NCBI RefSeq assembly: GCF_006345805.1
Contig: NC_043005.1
Location: 51,336,001 to 51,400,000, forward strand
DNA length: 64,000 nucleotides
Reading direction: 5' to 3'
DNA from: Octopus sinensis
Taxonomy: Eukaryota
Position numbers and translations under genes: made by a program. The notes below the pieces were generated by a model. That model was not told the DNA's origin and did no database searches. It was given only the letters and a program-made list of their open reading frames with translations. Positions 37,530 to 50,759 of the stretch are shown piece after piece (the first letter of the stretch is position 1; each line of letters begins with the position of its first letter).

Positions 37530-38080
37530 AATGTGGAGGCGCGTGGCTTAGTGGTTAGGGTGTCAGCTTCATGATCGTAAGATTCGTGGTTTCGATTCCT
37601 GGACCGGGCGACGCGTTGTGTTCTTGAGCAAAACACTTCATTTCACGTTGCTCCAGTCCACTCAGCTGGCAAAAAGGAGTAACACTGCGATGGACTGGCG
37701 TCCCGTCCAGCTAGGGAACATATACGCCATAGAAACCGGGAAACCGGGCCCATGAGCTTGGCTTGGCTTTAAAAGGGTGCAAGCCTGGCTAGGCTTTAAA
37801 AGGGGTGCAATGGCCCAGTGGTCAGGGCAGCGGACTCGCGATCGGAGGGTCGCGGTTTCGATTCCCAGGCGTTGTGTGTGTTTATTGAGCGAAAACACCT
37901 AAAAGCTCCACAAGGCTCCGGCAGAGGGTGGTGGCGACACCTGTTGTACTCTTTCGCCACAACTTTCTCTCACTCTTTCTTCCTGTTTCTTGAGTAACGC
38001 TGCAATGGAACTGGCGTCCCGTTCCACAGAAACCGGGAAACCGGGGCCATGAGCCTGGCTAGGCTTGAAAAGGGCGACGC
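37530..38080 (+). mobile_element. Two fused tRNA-derived SINEs (S3 group)
   Basis: Two tRNA-like heads (37530, about 37803) sharing the tail GAAACCGGGAAACCGGG.CCATGAGC. Confidence 0.8.
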
Positions 38081-38714
38081 TTATCGTTTTATTTTACTGG
38101 AATAACCAGTAAATTTAATTTCGCAGTGAAAGGGTTTTACTGGATTAAGTAGTACAAAATATACAAAACGACAGAAAAGTTACGACTGGAACACCTTTTG
38201 GCTGGCACTGAGGTTAATTAACAAGTAGAGATTATATATTAATTTGTCGTTATAAGTATTAGATTATAAAATATTACAAACATTATAAATATTGGTTTCA
38301 AATTTAGGCACAAGGCCAACAATTTCATGGGAGGGGCTGAGTCAATTTGATCGACCCCTGTGCTCAACTGCTACATATTTTATCTACCCCGAAATGATGA
38401 AAGGCAAAATCAACCTCGACGGAGTATGAACTCAAAACGTTAAGAGAGACAAAATGTTATTAAGCATTGTGCCAGGGGTGCGAACGATTTAGCCAGTTCG
38501 CAGCCCTAATAATAAGAATTATAACTACCCTTTCTATTATAGGTACAATGTCTGAACTTTATGGGAGGGAATAACTGGTTCGTCAACTCCGAAATTCGGC
38601 GGAATTTGAACTCAGAACGTACGAAATACCGCTAAGCATTTTGTCCAGCGTCCTAATAATTCTGCCAGCTCGCCAACTTAAATGTTATAAATATTAAATA
38701 GAACATATTTATTA

Positions 38715-38845
38715 TAGGCGTAGGAGTGGCTCTGTAGTAAGTAGCTTGCTTACCAACCACATGGTTCCGGGTTCAGTCTCAAGTGTCTTCTACTATAGCT
38801 TTGTGAGTAGATTTGGTAGACGAAAACTGAAAGAACCCCGTCGTA

Positions 38846-38876
<31 letters not shown>

Positions 38877-39095
38877 GTGTGTGTATATGTTTGTGCGTAT
38901 CTGTGCTTGTCCCCCTAACATCGCTTGATAATCGATGCTGCTGTGTTTACGTCCCCGTAACCTAGCGGTTCGTCAAAAGAGACTGATATAATAAGTACTA
39001 GGCTTACAAAGAATAAGTCCTGGGGTCGATTTGCTCAACTAAAGGCGGTGCTCCAACATGGCCGCAGTCAAATGACTGAAACAAGTAAAAGAGTA
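38715..39095 (+). mobile_element. S1 SINE
   Basis: Head, shortened core, microsatellite, tail. Confidence 0.85.
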
Positions 39096-39317
39096 TAAAT
39101 ATTTTATATTAAATATTTTATATTAAATTATTAATTAAATTTCATTAATTATGAAGCAAATAAAACGGTTTATTATTTAACAAATATTTAGAAACTTGTG
39201 ACTCGGGGAGAAAAGGTGTCTTCCTCATTGTAGTTAAGATGATAAGTATAGAAATGAGAAGAAAGGGAGATGCGACAAAGGAAACAGACGATATACATGA
39301 TGATCCAGATATTGATC

Positions 39318-39551
39318 TCTTTTACTCTTTTACTTGTTTCAGTCATTCGACTGTGGCCATGCTGGAGCACCGCCTTTAGTCGAGCAAATCGACCACAAGA
39401 CTTATTCTTTGTAAGCCCAGTACTTATTCTATCGGTCTCTTTTGCCGAACCGCTAACTTACGGGGACGTAAACACACCAGCATCGGTTGTCAAGCAATGG
39501 TGGGGGGACAAACACAGACACACAAATGTATACACACACACACACACACAC

Positions 39552-39593
<42 letters not shown>

Positions 39594-39890
39594 TACGACG
39601 GGCTTCTTTCAGTTTCTGTCTACCAAATCCACTCACAAGGCTTTGGTCGGCCCGAGGCTACAGTAGAAGACACTTGCCCAAGGTGCCACGAAGTGGAACT
39701 GAACCCGGAACACACACATACATATATACATATATAGACGGGCTTCTTTCAGTTTCCGTTCATCAAATCCACTCACAAGGCTATAGTAGAAGACACTTGG
39801 GACTGAACCCGGAACCATGTGGTTGGTAAGCAAGCTACTTACCACACAGCCACACTTACCACACAGCCACACTTACCACACAGCCACTCA
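39318..39890 (-). mobile_element. S1 SINE with duplicated core and triplicated 17-bp head segment
   Basis: Two GACGGGCTTCTTTCAGTTTC blocks; CTTACCACACAGCCAC seen three times. Confidence 0.8.
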
Positions 39891-40981
39891 TCGACTGTCC
39901 AAATTCAGTCACTTTTTTAGAGTGCTTTTGAAGTCAGGAACTTTGTTCTTCCACTGTAACATGTTACCTCAACCAGTTTCTCCCAAATTCATCAATTGTC
40001 AGAGTAAAACAAAAGCAAAAATAATTGTTTGCGTGCAACCATGAATGAGGAGATTTTAGAGAGTGCAGTTGTACTGAACGATTTGCGAAGGTTCTTGAAA
40101 AACTAGTTGTTGCCATTGAAAGGATGACAGCTTAAGTCAACAAGCTTGTCAAATAGAAAATCCTCTCTCCCTCTCTCTCTCTCTTCTTTCCCTTTAATAC
40201 TATAAAGCTCTTTACAGGAATATTTCAAGGCGATGGCAATTCCTTTATCAATATTTGACATTTAATCCCATATCATCCCTATTTTTGAAAGAAAATGCTC
40301 ATTGGCGCAAGAGTGGCTGTGTGTTGACAACCGATGCTGGTGTGTTGCGCAAAAGAGACCGATAGAATAAGTGCTAGGCTTACAAAGAATAAGTCCTGGG
40401 GTCGATTTGCTCGACTAAAAGCGGTGCTCCAGCATGGCCGCAGTCAAATGACTGAAACAAGTAAAAGAGTAAAGAGTATTGGATATACATGTTTCTCATT
40501 ATATATCAAGAGGAAAAAGAGTATCGTCGGTCTTTAGAGGCTTTCGCAAATCGATGAGGTCGAAAGAGACAGAATGAATATGACTCGAAGAGAAATGCTG
40601 GTGTATCATGTAGTTAGTATAGAGGCAAGGGCCCAGGAACAGGGGGTGCAGCGGGTGCACCTGCACCCCTTGGAATTTTCAGGTGGGGCAAGATCAAAAT
40701 TTGCACCCCTACATAATTTTACCAGTTTCAGAAAATCGTGTCTAAAAAGTTATCTGTATAAGATGCTTGAAGCTAGATTTCGTTTCAAAGCAAAAACAAA
40801 AATAAATAAATAAAAGTGATGAAGCTCGGCTTAAAATTCCCAAGGGAATTCATGACTAACCAACTTCTGAAGCAAAGTAGCGTCAAAATAAAAAGTATGT
40901 GACAACAACAACAGTAGCAGCAAACAACAAGAACAACAACATGACCAGCATCTACGGCTACTCTTCAATACATAGCATTAC

Positions 40982-41154
40982 TTGGATTCTTGAAGACAGC
41001 TCTATTCTGACAAAAATAACTCCAAAATCTTGCAATGCTGAAAATGTTTGAAGGTTCTTGTCCTCTCTGTCTGTCACCCCTCTCAAGTTCTTTGTAGTTG
41101 ATGTTGCTAAAGACTGACGATATGGTTGAATGGATTCGACTGTTTGACCTCAGC
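40982..41154 (-). other. Exon-like segment D (173 nt, open frame of 57 codons)
   Basis: TTTTATTTTTAG|G acceptor, CCAA|GTAATG donor; LRSNSRIHSTISSVFSNINYKELERGDRQRGQEPSNIFSIARFWSYFCQNRAVFKNP. Confidence 0.4.
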
Positions 41155-42312
41155 CTAAAAATAAAATCCCTTTAAAAATTATTTCAGTCATATCGGTTTT
41201 CTCATTTAGGTTGTTAGGTCCAAAGTTTGAGAAGGGAATAAAATGATTTATTTTCTATCTATCTATATGTGTCTTCCCTTTATTTTTAAAATTATACGAA
41301 TGTTGAGAAAGAGATTTGACGGCTACTTATGGAACTTTCGTTTTCATAATCTGAAGCTAATTTAGACTCATGGAGATAATCAGTTCAGCTACCTAGGAGA
41401 TACATTGAGAATCTTTAGCTTACCATGTAAATTGAGTTGAATTGTAGGCACAAAATAGTGTATAAACTAATCCTGAGAAACATTTATTATCCATCCATGC
41501 ATTATTTTAATCATCATTTAAGTGATTATTAAATTCATTATTTACTTCAATGACCTAGAGCTTACTTATCTCTGTAAGTTGACCATTTGAGCATGTAAGA
41601 ACTGTCGGTCACTATTTTATTGTGCTTCAAATCACAAGCACTTTGTTAATGCTTTCGTTGCTAAATATTTCCTGTAGAGATTGCTTATCACTCTTCCGAT
41701 TGTTTTTCGCCAGCAAGACCCAATTTTCAGATTCCATGACGTATCTTAAATTTGGTCAAACAAGCATCAGAGAAAACAATTAATCTATTGCATTCAAACT
41801 TTAAAAGTTTTAACTTTGGATAAAATAATAAGCCCAGATACGATTATATTCTGGTTATCGCTTCATAAAAAAAAAAAGCACTCGTATAATATTTAATGAA
41901 AATGCTCACGTTTTGGTCTGTGCAGACTTTTTTTTTTATTTGCCGTTACACTCTTAGGCTCAGAACATGTACTAAAATATAAAAGTTTTTATTTTGAATT
42001 CTGAAAGTCGTCTTATAGGAACATAAACCTTCTTCCACGAAAAGATAGCTTAAACTGTACTCTAAATGGAGGTGTAGTCAAATCCTATTTTATGGACTCG
42101 ACCATGTTCTAAAATAAGTCGAAGGGGAAGCGGCTATAAATCGGCACGAACTTTCCGGACAACCCAATACATTTCCACTTACGACTAGTTGCATTTTCCT
42201 ATTGTTATCCAGTTCCATCGTCGTTCTTTGATCTGGGTCACTTTAGACATCATGGGTGAAGTAATATAACTAAGAGTTTCCTTTTTTTCTCTTTTTTTTT
42301 TCCGTTGCATTC

Positions 42313-42875
42313 GCGGATTCTTATAACTCTCTGTCGCCATCCAATTCCGTCATTATGAATTTGAATTATGAGTTTCAGCCATAGTGAATCTTTTATTAGC
42401 TGATTACACAACCACGGACGCCACCCTTATGGATGCATTGCAATTGGTCTCTTGATAGAGCTTTGTGATCCTGACCATTGATCTCCTGGGATTCCTCCGC
42501 TCTGTATCAATGTAAGAAACACTGCTGGCTCAGTTGAGCTCTTCCGCTATCTCTTAGCAATCCTATTTCTTTACTACCCACAAGGGGCTAAACACAGATA
42601 GGACAAACGGATTAAGTCGATTATATCGACCCCAGTGCGTAACTGGTCCTTATTTAAGCGACCCCGAAAGGATGAAAGGCAAAGTCGACCTCGGCAGAAT
42701 TTGAACTCAGAACGTAACGATAGACGAAATACCGCTAAGCAATTCGCCCAGCGTTCTAACGATTCTGCCAGCTCGCCGCCCTATCTCTTAGCAATCCGCC
42801 ATGCTGCATTCCCATGATTTCGCTGTATCCCTGGCAGGGTAGTTGAATGGATGTTATTCCTTGTCAAAGGGCAGC
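42313..42875 (-). pseudogene. Exon-like segment C, disrupted by an S2 SINE
   Basis: ATATTTACAG|G acceptor; NYPARDTAKSWE...EEL...IDTE; codon-level similarity to 52711-52904. Confidence 0.45.
42564..42780 (-). mobile_element. S2 SINE monomer
   Basis: Perfect 17-bp TSD CTATCTCTTAGCAATCC, 42547-42563 / 42781-42797. Confidence 0.93.
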
Positions 42876-44220
42876 CTGTAAATATGCAGGGTACGGTCGT
42901 CACAAAAAGTAAGATGTTTAAAGCACAACACCAGGTATTCAACGCCATGTCTGTAAGTCGCCTTCTTTAGAAATGGCAGCATCGAATGCAAACAAACGCG
43001 TTACTGGCAAGTATTTTTTAATGTACAAAATTTTCAAAGGTACCGTAAACTTCCATGTTCCATTATTCAAGAGACCGTAATTCCAAAAGTATCTTTATAT
43101 AATAATAGCTTGCACACACACGCACACGAACAGTCTCTCATCCATGACACTCACAAACACACATACATATGTACATGCATACATACGTACGTACATACAC
43201 TCACACTAAAGACATAACCACTGTTAAAACAGAAGGGAAAACTTGAGAAACAGTTGGTAGAAAAGGTAAAGAAGCAATAGGTTTAGATAACCATATGTGT
43301 GTGTGTGTATGTATGTGTCTGTGCATGTATGTTTTGCATATACATAATATTAATATTGTGATTGCTTCAGGGCTGAGTGTTTAGCGGAATGGGCTAGTCG
43401 ATTGCATCGACCTCTTGTGCTCAACTGGTACTTATTTTATCGACTCCGAAAGAATGAAAGGCAAAGTTGACCTCGGCAGAATTTGAGCTCAGAACATAAA
43501 GACTGGCAAAATGCTACAAAGCATTTAATCCGGCATGCTAACGATTCAGCCACCTTACTGCCTTATTGCAGCATTAATATTATTTTCATATTTTAAGGCG
43601 GTGAGCTGGAAGAATCGTTAGCATGCCGAGCAAATTGCTTAGCGGCATTTCGTCCGTCTTTACGTTCTATTTTCAAATTTCACCGAGGACGACTTTGCCT
43701 TTCATCATTTCGGGGTCGGTAAAATAAGTACCAGTGGAGCAATAAGGGTCGATGTAATCAACTTAACCACCACCACCACCGTCCCCCTCACCCCGAACTT
43801 GAAGCCAATATCTATAACAATAAACGTGAGATTCTGTCTGTCTGGGACCTATGTATCTTAGTCTATATTTGCTCCACATAGACATATTATACCTTTTGGG
43901 AATTAGAATGATCCCAAGATTTAAAATCTTCCCTTCATTAGGTTCTTGAACATCCAGCATTGGAATCTGATTTAAAAACATTCGGGTTGCTACTTCTAGC
44001 AGGTAAAGCTTGGCTGATTCCCGCCATCCTGGCTAGCGTTTGTCAGATGACGTCAGAGATCAAGGGGGAGATAAATGACATTCCCTTCGTTAACTTTACG
44101 TGGACACATGAATTCTGGGACAAACTGCCCAACTGTTGGAATTCAACTCGGAACTGCAACAATAGAATGATTACATTACAGAATTAATTCTTATCCGTCC
44201 TTAACCTCTGATCAAATACC

Positions 44221-45548
44221 TATTTCTTTATTACCCACAAGGGGCTAAACATAGAGGGGACAAACAAGGACAGACATGGGTATTAAGTCGATTACATCGA
44301 CCCCAGTGCGTAACTGGTACTTAATTTATCGACCCCGAAAGGATGAAAGGCAAAGTCAACCTCGGCGGAATTTGAATTCACAACGTAACGACAAGCGAAA
44401 TACCTATTTCTTTATTACCCACAAGGGGATAAACATAGAGGGAACAAACAAAGACAGACATAGGTATTAAGTCGATTACATCGACCCCAGTGCGTAACTG
44501 GTACTTAATTTATCGACCCCGAAAGGATGAAAGGCAAGTCAACCTCGGCGGAATTTGAACTCACAACGTAACGACAAGCGAAATACCTATTTCTTTATTA
44601 CCCACAAGGGGATAAACATAGAGGGAACAAACAAAGACAGACATAGGTATTAAGTCGATTACATCGACCCCAGTGCGTAACTGGTACTTATTTTATCGAC
44701 CCCGAAAGGATGAAAGGCAAAGTCAACCTCGGCGGAATTTGAACTCACAACGTAACGACAAGCGAATACCTATTTCTTTATTACCCACAAGGGGATAACA
44801 TAGAGGGAACAAACAAAGACAGACATAGGTATTAAGTCGATTACATCGACCCCAGTGCGTAACTGGTACTTAATTTATCGACCCCGAAAGGATGAAAGGC
44901 AAAGTCAACCTCGGCGGAATTTGAACTCACAACGTAACGACAAGCGAAATACCTATTTCTTTATTACCCACAAGGGGATAAACATAGAGGGAACAAACAA
45001 AGACAGACATAGGTATTAAGTCGATTAATCGACCCCAGTGCGTACTGGTACTTAATTTATCGACCCCGAAAGGATGAAAGGCAAAGTCAACCTCGGCGGA
45101 ATTTGAACTCACAACGTAACGACAAGCGAAATACCTATTTCTTTATTACCCACAAGGGGATAAACATAGAGGGAACAAACAAAGACAGACATAGGTATTA
45201 AGTCGATTACATCGACCCCAGTGCGTAACTGGTACTTAATTTATCGACCCCGAAAGGATGAAAGGCAAAGTCAACCTCGGCGGAATTTGAACTCACAACG
45301 TAACGACAAGCGAAATACCTATTTCTTTATTACCCACAAGGGGATAAACATAGAGGGAACAAACAAAGACAGACATAGGTATTAAGTCGATTACATCGAC
45401 CCCAGTGCGTAACTGGTACTTAATTTATCGACCCCGAAAGGATGAAAGGCAAAGTCAACCTCGGCGGAATTTGAACTCACAACGTAACGACAAGCGAAAT
45501 ACCGTTAAGCATTTCGCCCGGCGTGCTAACGTCTCTGCCAGCTCTCCG
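44221..45548 (-). mobile_element. S2 SINE heptamer (one head plus seven 182-184 bp bodies)
   Basis: Unit starts at 44217, 44401, 44584, 44767, 44950, 45132, 45316; one perfect 16-bp TSD CCTCTGATCAAATACC, 44205-44220 / 45549-45564. Confidence 0.96.
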
Positions 45549-46089
45549 CCTCTGATCAAATACCACCGGGGCATATAGTCATTATAGACGTATTATAGCC
45601 ATGCTATTTAGCTCCCCTTAGTTTGGGGCTGCAGGCCCAGCGGACTTTTGAGCTAATTATTTTCATATTTTCGACAAGTCTAACCTAACCTCGGCAAATC
45701 TTAAATTGTTAATGGAAATATTTTCTTACTTCAAAATTACCGTTCAAACTAATTATAATCCCTCGTCGATAAACGCTGAGTCAATGTGTGACAGTGTCAA
45801 TGAGCTGCACCGAATGACACTAATATAGATTAACAGTACTATGTATTGATAGCTATTGGGGAAATATACTATTGTTAAGACATTCCTTTGTAGTCATTTA
45901 TCTGAACTATTCAAAAACAAACACTATTGACGCAGCAGGATTTGACATGCAGATACAGAGTACACAACGTATAATAGGGAGTGAACGTGAAGCAATAAGT
46001 GGACTTTCATTGTGGTCACCGAAAATGCTAGAAGTAGCAGTCAAATCTCTTTCTCAACATTCGTATAATTTTAAAAATAAAGGCAGGAC

Positions 46090-46273
<184 letters not shown>

Positions 46274-47034
46274 CCTTTCTACGACTGACACATGAGCAAA
46301 AGATTTAACCTTTACTTGTTTCAGTCATTTGACTGGCCTGTGGCCATACTCGGGCACCACCTTCAAGGATTTTAGTACCATACATCGACCCCAAGACTAA
46401 TTTTTTTCTTAAGGCTAGTACTTATTCTATCGGTCTCTTTTGACGAACTTCTATGTTACGGGGACGTGAACACACTAACACCGGTTGTCAGTGGTAGTGG
46501 AGAACAAGTGTAGGACAAAAGTCCCCACGGACAAAAGACCCACGAAGAAAAGCCCCATAGTTAAAGTGTGAAAGTGGACAAAAGCCCCTTGGACAAAAGC
46601 CCCACGGTCATATTTTTTCGTTTTTTTCACTTTTTACTTGCTTCAGTCTTTAGACTATGGCCATGCTGGAGCACCACTTTGAATTTTTAGTCGAATATAT
46701 CGACGCCAGAATTTGGGGGGGGGGCACCACCTTGAAGAATTTTTAGCCAACATAACGACACAAGAATTTTTTTTTAAAGATCTTCAACCAGCGCATGAAA
46801 CAGGTATGCCTAGTAGGTATCTCCACATGCTAGAAATAACAGGCAAATCTCTTCAAATTTTTTTATAACCCCCTTAGCGGTTCGGCAAAAGAGATCGATA
46901 GAATAAGTACTAGGCTTACAAAAAAAATAAGTCCTGGGGTCGATTTGCTCGACTAAAGGCGGTGCTCCAGCATGGCCGCAATCAAATGACTAAAACAAGT
47001 AAAAGAATAAAAGAATCTATCTATATCTATATTT

Positions 47035-47069
<35 letters not shown>

Positions 47070-47353
47070 TACACACACTGACGCACAGATATGTACACAC
47101 ACATGCATACATACATATATACATACATACGTATGTATGTATGTATGTTATCACTCTCTTTATATCGACTTGATATGTAGGGACACAAATCAACACGCTG
47201 GTAAACAACCCTTGTGTGAATGATTCAAGGAAGAAGCACTGGAATGGTTTCTCCAGACTCGCAGAGTTTAAATTGGAACTGAGAACTGCATTCTAAAGAA
47301 ATATGTGGTAATTACGTACTACTCCATGAGCTCATAGCTATGAGCTTCACCTT

Positions 47354-47586
47354 TTTCTTTACTACCCACAAGGGGCTAAACACAGAGAGGATAAACAAGA
47401 ACAGACAAATGGATTAAGTCGATTACATCGACCCCAGTGCGTAACTAGTACTTAATTTATCGACCCCGAAAGTATGAAAGGCAAAGTCGACCTCGGCGGA
47501 ATTTGAACTCAGAACGTAACGGCAGACGAAATACGGCCACGCATTTCGCCCGGCGTGCTAACGTTTATGCCAGCTCGCCGCCCTTT
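47354..47586 (-). mobile_element. S2 SINE monomer
   Basis: 15-bp TSD TATGAGCTTCACCTT, 47339-47353 / 47587-47601. Confidence 0.92.
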
Positions 47587-48132
47587 TATGAGCTTCACCT
47601 TAAAATAGTGCTTATAGCTTGAATGATATTGTGAGTTAGTGCATTGGTAATAAATGGAATGTAATACTACTGACAGTATTTGAAGTAATAAAATCTACTG
47701 ACAGTATTTGAACCGTTGATCAATCAGTTTGAAGGTCTGCCTTTTAAACGACTTGGCCAACAATGTTTCTCCATATAAATAAAAACATTTATGGGAAGTG
47801 AGAACACGCGTGGCTACCCCACACAAAGGTAAAGATACAAGAAGATCATAATCAAGAACGAATTTATGTACTGAATTAAGCGAGATTGATAGTACGCAGG
47901 TGACATATATCCTGACAATACCCAGGTGTCACCTTGCAAATAGAAAAAGGTCAATGTTTAAAGTAGACAAAAAGCTAATTGATTTGATGTTTATCTCTAT
48001 TTCAACTGTTTCCCGGCAACCTCTTGTATCGCTGGAAAACTAATCACCTCGTTTGCAAAGCATTGTAATCGCGATGATCTTGGAACAAGGCGAAATTGGT
48101 TCGCGACACGTCTTTTCCGTTTTATTTATTTA

Positions 48133-48532
48133 CTAGTAGTATCGCCCGGCGTTGCCCGGGTTTGTTTCGACCCTTTAGAATTGGAATTTTTGAAACGTAA
48201 AAGTAAAAATTTTGCATTATGTAGCTTGTTATTCTCTTTAAGTGAACATTTTTCTAGTTGAAATACACCGAAAAATAGCGATACAGCAGTCAAAAAATCG
48301 TTAAAAAAATAGGGATTTTCATAGAAAAAAAGCACCTTTTTTATGTAAATAATTTTTGGCGTTAACATGGTCCGATTTGAATTTTATCTTCTACGGAAGG
48401 AAGAGCAAGCCTTCTTCTATCATACTCTCAATTTTGGTCAACTTGCGCCGCAGGGTTTCGGAGGAGATAGTGTTAGTTGAAGGCTACCAAACCTGCCATA
48501 CACAGACAACTTCAACTTTATATAGAGAGAGA
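48133..48532 (-). mobile_element. Non-autonomous Helitron (400 bp)
   Basis: Minus strand A|TC...CCCGG-GCAACG-CCGGG hairpin...CTAG|T; no TSD; removing it restores a (TTTA)n tract. Confidence 0.8.
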
Positions 48533-48894
48533 TTTATTTACCCAGAGACGTTTAACTTATACTTCTAACATAACTGAGAGATGAATGACATCCACAACTT
48601 CTCATCTGTTCGAGTATTCACAACTGACTTTTCACATAATCTTGGACATATTTCAATCAGTAACGTCACAATTCAGATTTAACAACTGAACAACACTTTC
48701 TGATTTTAGGTACAATGCCAGCAACGTTACCCGATAACACTGACTCCTGTACTTGACTGGTACTTATTTTTATTGTTTCTGTAAGGATAAAAGACAAAGT
48801 TTACTCGGGTGGAGATTGAACTCAGAACGTAAATAACTGCAAGAAATACGCCAAAGCATTTTCTCCAACGTTCACACGATTATACCAGCCCATC

Positions 48895-49042
48895 TCCGCC
48901 GAGGTCGACTTTGCCTTTCAACCTCTCGGGGTCAATAAATAAAGTACCATTTTCGCACTGGGTCGATGTAATCGACTTAATCCCTTTGTCTGTCCTTGTT
49001 TGTCCCCTCTATGTTTAGCCCCTTGTGGGTAGTAAAGAAATA
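48895..49042 (+). mobile_element. 5'-truncated S2 SINE nested in an older inverted S2 copy
   Basis: 14-bp TSD with 1 mismatch, 48881-48894 / 49043-49056. Confidence 0.8.
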
Positions 49043-49109
49043 TATGCCAGCCCATCGCCCTTAGCCAATTAAATAACACCAATTTATCTGTTTATTATTT
49101 TTCACTCCT

Positions 49110-49680
49110 AAGACCGCGTGCTAGCAGAATTGTTAGCACGCCGGCGAAATGCTTAGCAGTATTTCGTCTGCCGCTACGTTCTGAGTTCAAATTCCGCCGA
49201 GGTCGACTTTGCCTTTCATCCTTTCGGGGTCGATTAAATAAGTACCAGTTACGCACTGGGGTCGATGTAATTGACTTAATCCGTTTGTCTGTCCTTTGTC
49301 CTCTCTGTGTTTAGCCCCTTGTGGGTAGTAAAGAAATAGGTATTTCGTCTGTCGCTACGTTCTGAGTTCAAATTCCGCCGAGGTCGACTTTGCCTTTCAT
49401 CCTTTCGGGGTCGATTAAATAAGTACCAGTTACGCACTGGGGTCGATATAATCGACTTAATCCGTTTGTCTGTCCTTTGTCCTCTCTGTGTTTAGCCCCT
49501 TGTGGGTAGTAAAGAAATAAGTATTTCGTCTGTCGCTAAGTTCTCAGTTCAAATTCCTCTGAGGTCGAATTTGCCACTCATCCTTTCTGGGTAGATAATT
49601 TAAGTACCAGTGAAACACTAGGGTCGATGTAATCGACCATATCCCCCCCCCCAAAAAAAAAATTTCAGGCCTTATTTTTT
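49110..49680 (+). mobile_element. S2 SINE trimer (diverged head and last unit, young middle units)
   Basis: Junctions at about 49335 and 49515; third unit is degenerate with a different tail. Confidence 0.85.
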
Positions 49681-50527
49681 TCACCCTTATTTGAACAAAG
49701 AAATAATGTTCGGGGAAACATAACCCGGTATAAGCAGGAAGCTTATATCATGGGAAGCTGTTAATAGATCTAGTCCAGATGTGAAACGTAGGCGCCGTTT
49801 GAAATTGCTCATCAAATATTTTAGTAATCAGTACTAAATACAGGCGACTTATGTAGGAGTTACGGGTATGGTGCGGTGTACTTACAGTGTACATGATGTA
49901 TTTACAACAGAATAGAATGATAGAACTAGGACGTTTCATAAAAAATGATTTTTTTTTTACTAAGGAATTCTCTCTTTACTAACGGGAAATGTTTCCTTCA
50001 AAATTACGTCTGTGTCAGCTACGCCACCAACAGCTTCCTAGATATAAGCAGTAATACGAGAAGCTTGATGGAAGGAATCTATTTAGATGAATAAGCTTTT
50101 TGGTGAATTTCGGAAGTAACTTACTGTAGCTGGATTGGTTGCGTTTATTATGGCTGTTGCACATTGTGTTGAGATGTAGGAATTTTGATTTCACAAGACA
50201 TTGGATAAAGGGACATTACTAAATAATACCTCATAACATACTGATTCTCCAAATCCATTACCATCTCTATACTTATAATAACACCAGTCTTGCAACTACG
50301 GTGAAATACAGTATCTGTCGCTTCGTGACCACTTCTGGGGCGATTTCGTTTCGCTTAGCACCAAAGTATATTTTTTTAGCACTATACGTCCTTGAAGGGA
50401 TTTTCCCCAGACGGAAAACCTTAGCTTTTGGCATCAGAGCTGCTTCTATTGCATAATTCAAATTTATTCTGTTTATGTGGCGCCTTTACAAACCAGCTGA
50501 TAGTTTATACATTATCTGTATATACTT

Positions 50528-50759
50528 ATTTCTTTACTACCCACAAGGGGCTAAACACAGTGGGGACAAACAAGGACAAACAAACGGATTAAGTCGATTA
50601 CATCGACCCCAGTGCATAACTGGTACTTAATTTATCGACCCCGAAAGGATGAAAGGCAAAGTTGACCTCGGCGGAATTTGAACTCAGAACATAACGACAA
50701 ACGAAATATGGCTACGCATTTCGCCCGGCGTGCTAACGTTTCTGCCAGCTCGCCTCCTT
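50528..50759 (-). mobile_element. S2 SINE monomer
   Basis: 24-bp TSD with 1 mismatch, 50504-50527 / 50760-50783. Confidence 0.9.

Noticed and set aside
40630-40700. GC-rich CAGGGGGTGCAG...GCACCCC hairpins suggesting a hAT-type MITE end (also 8040-8055 and 37085-37315)
   Set aside because: No matching second terminus or 8-bp TSD could be located.
43960-44187. 75-aa plus-strand ORF with Cys/Trp and a hydrophobic start
   Set aside because: TTG start, no recognisable motif, no paralog in the window; length is compatible with chance.
44217-45548. Regular 184-bp periodicity resembling a CRISPR array
   Set aside because: Units are contiguous with no unique spacers, are SINE bodies, and the context is eukaryotic with no cas genes.
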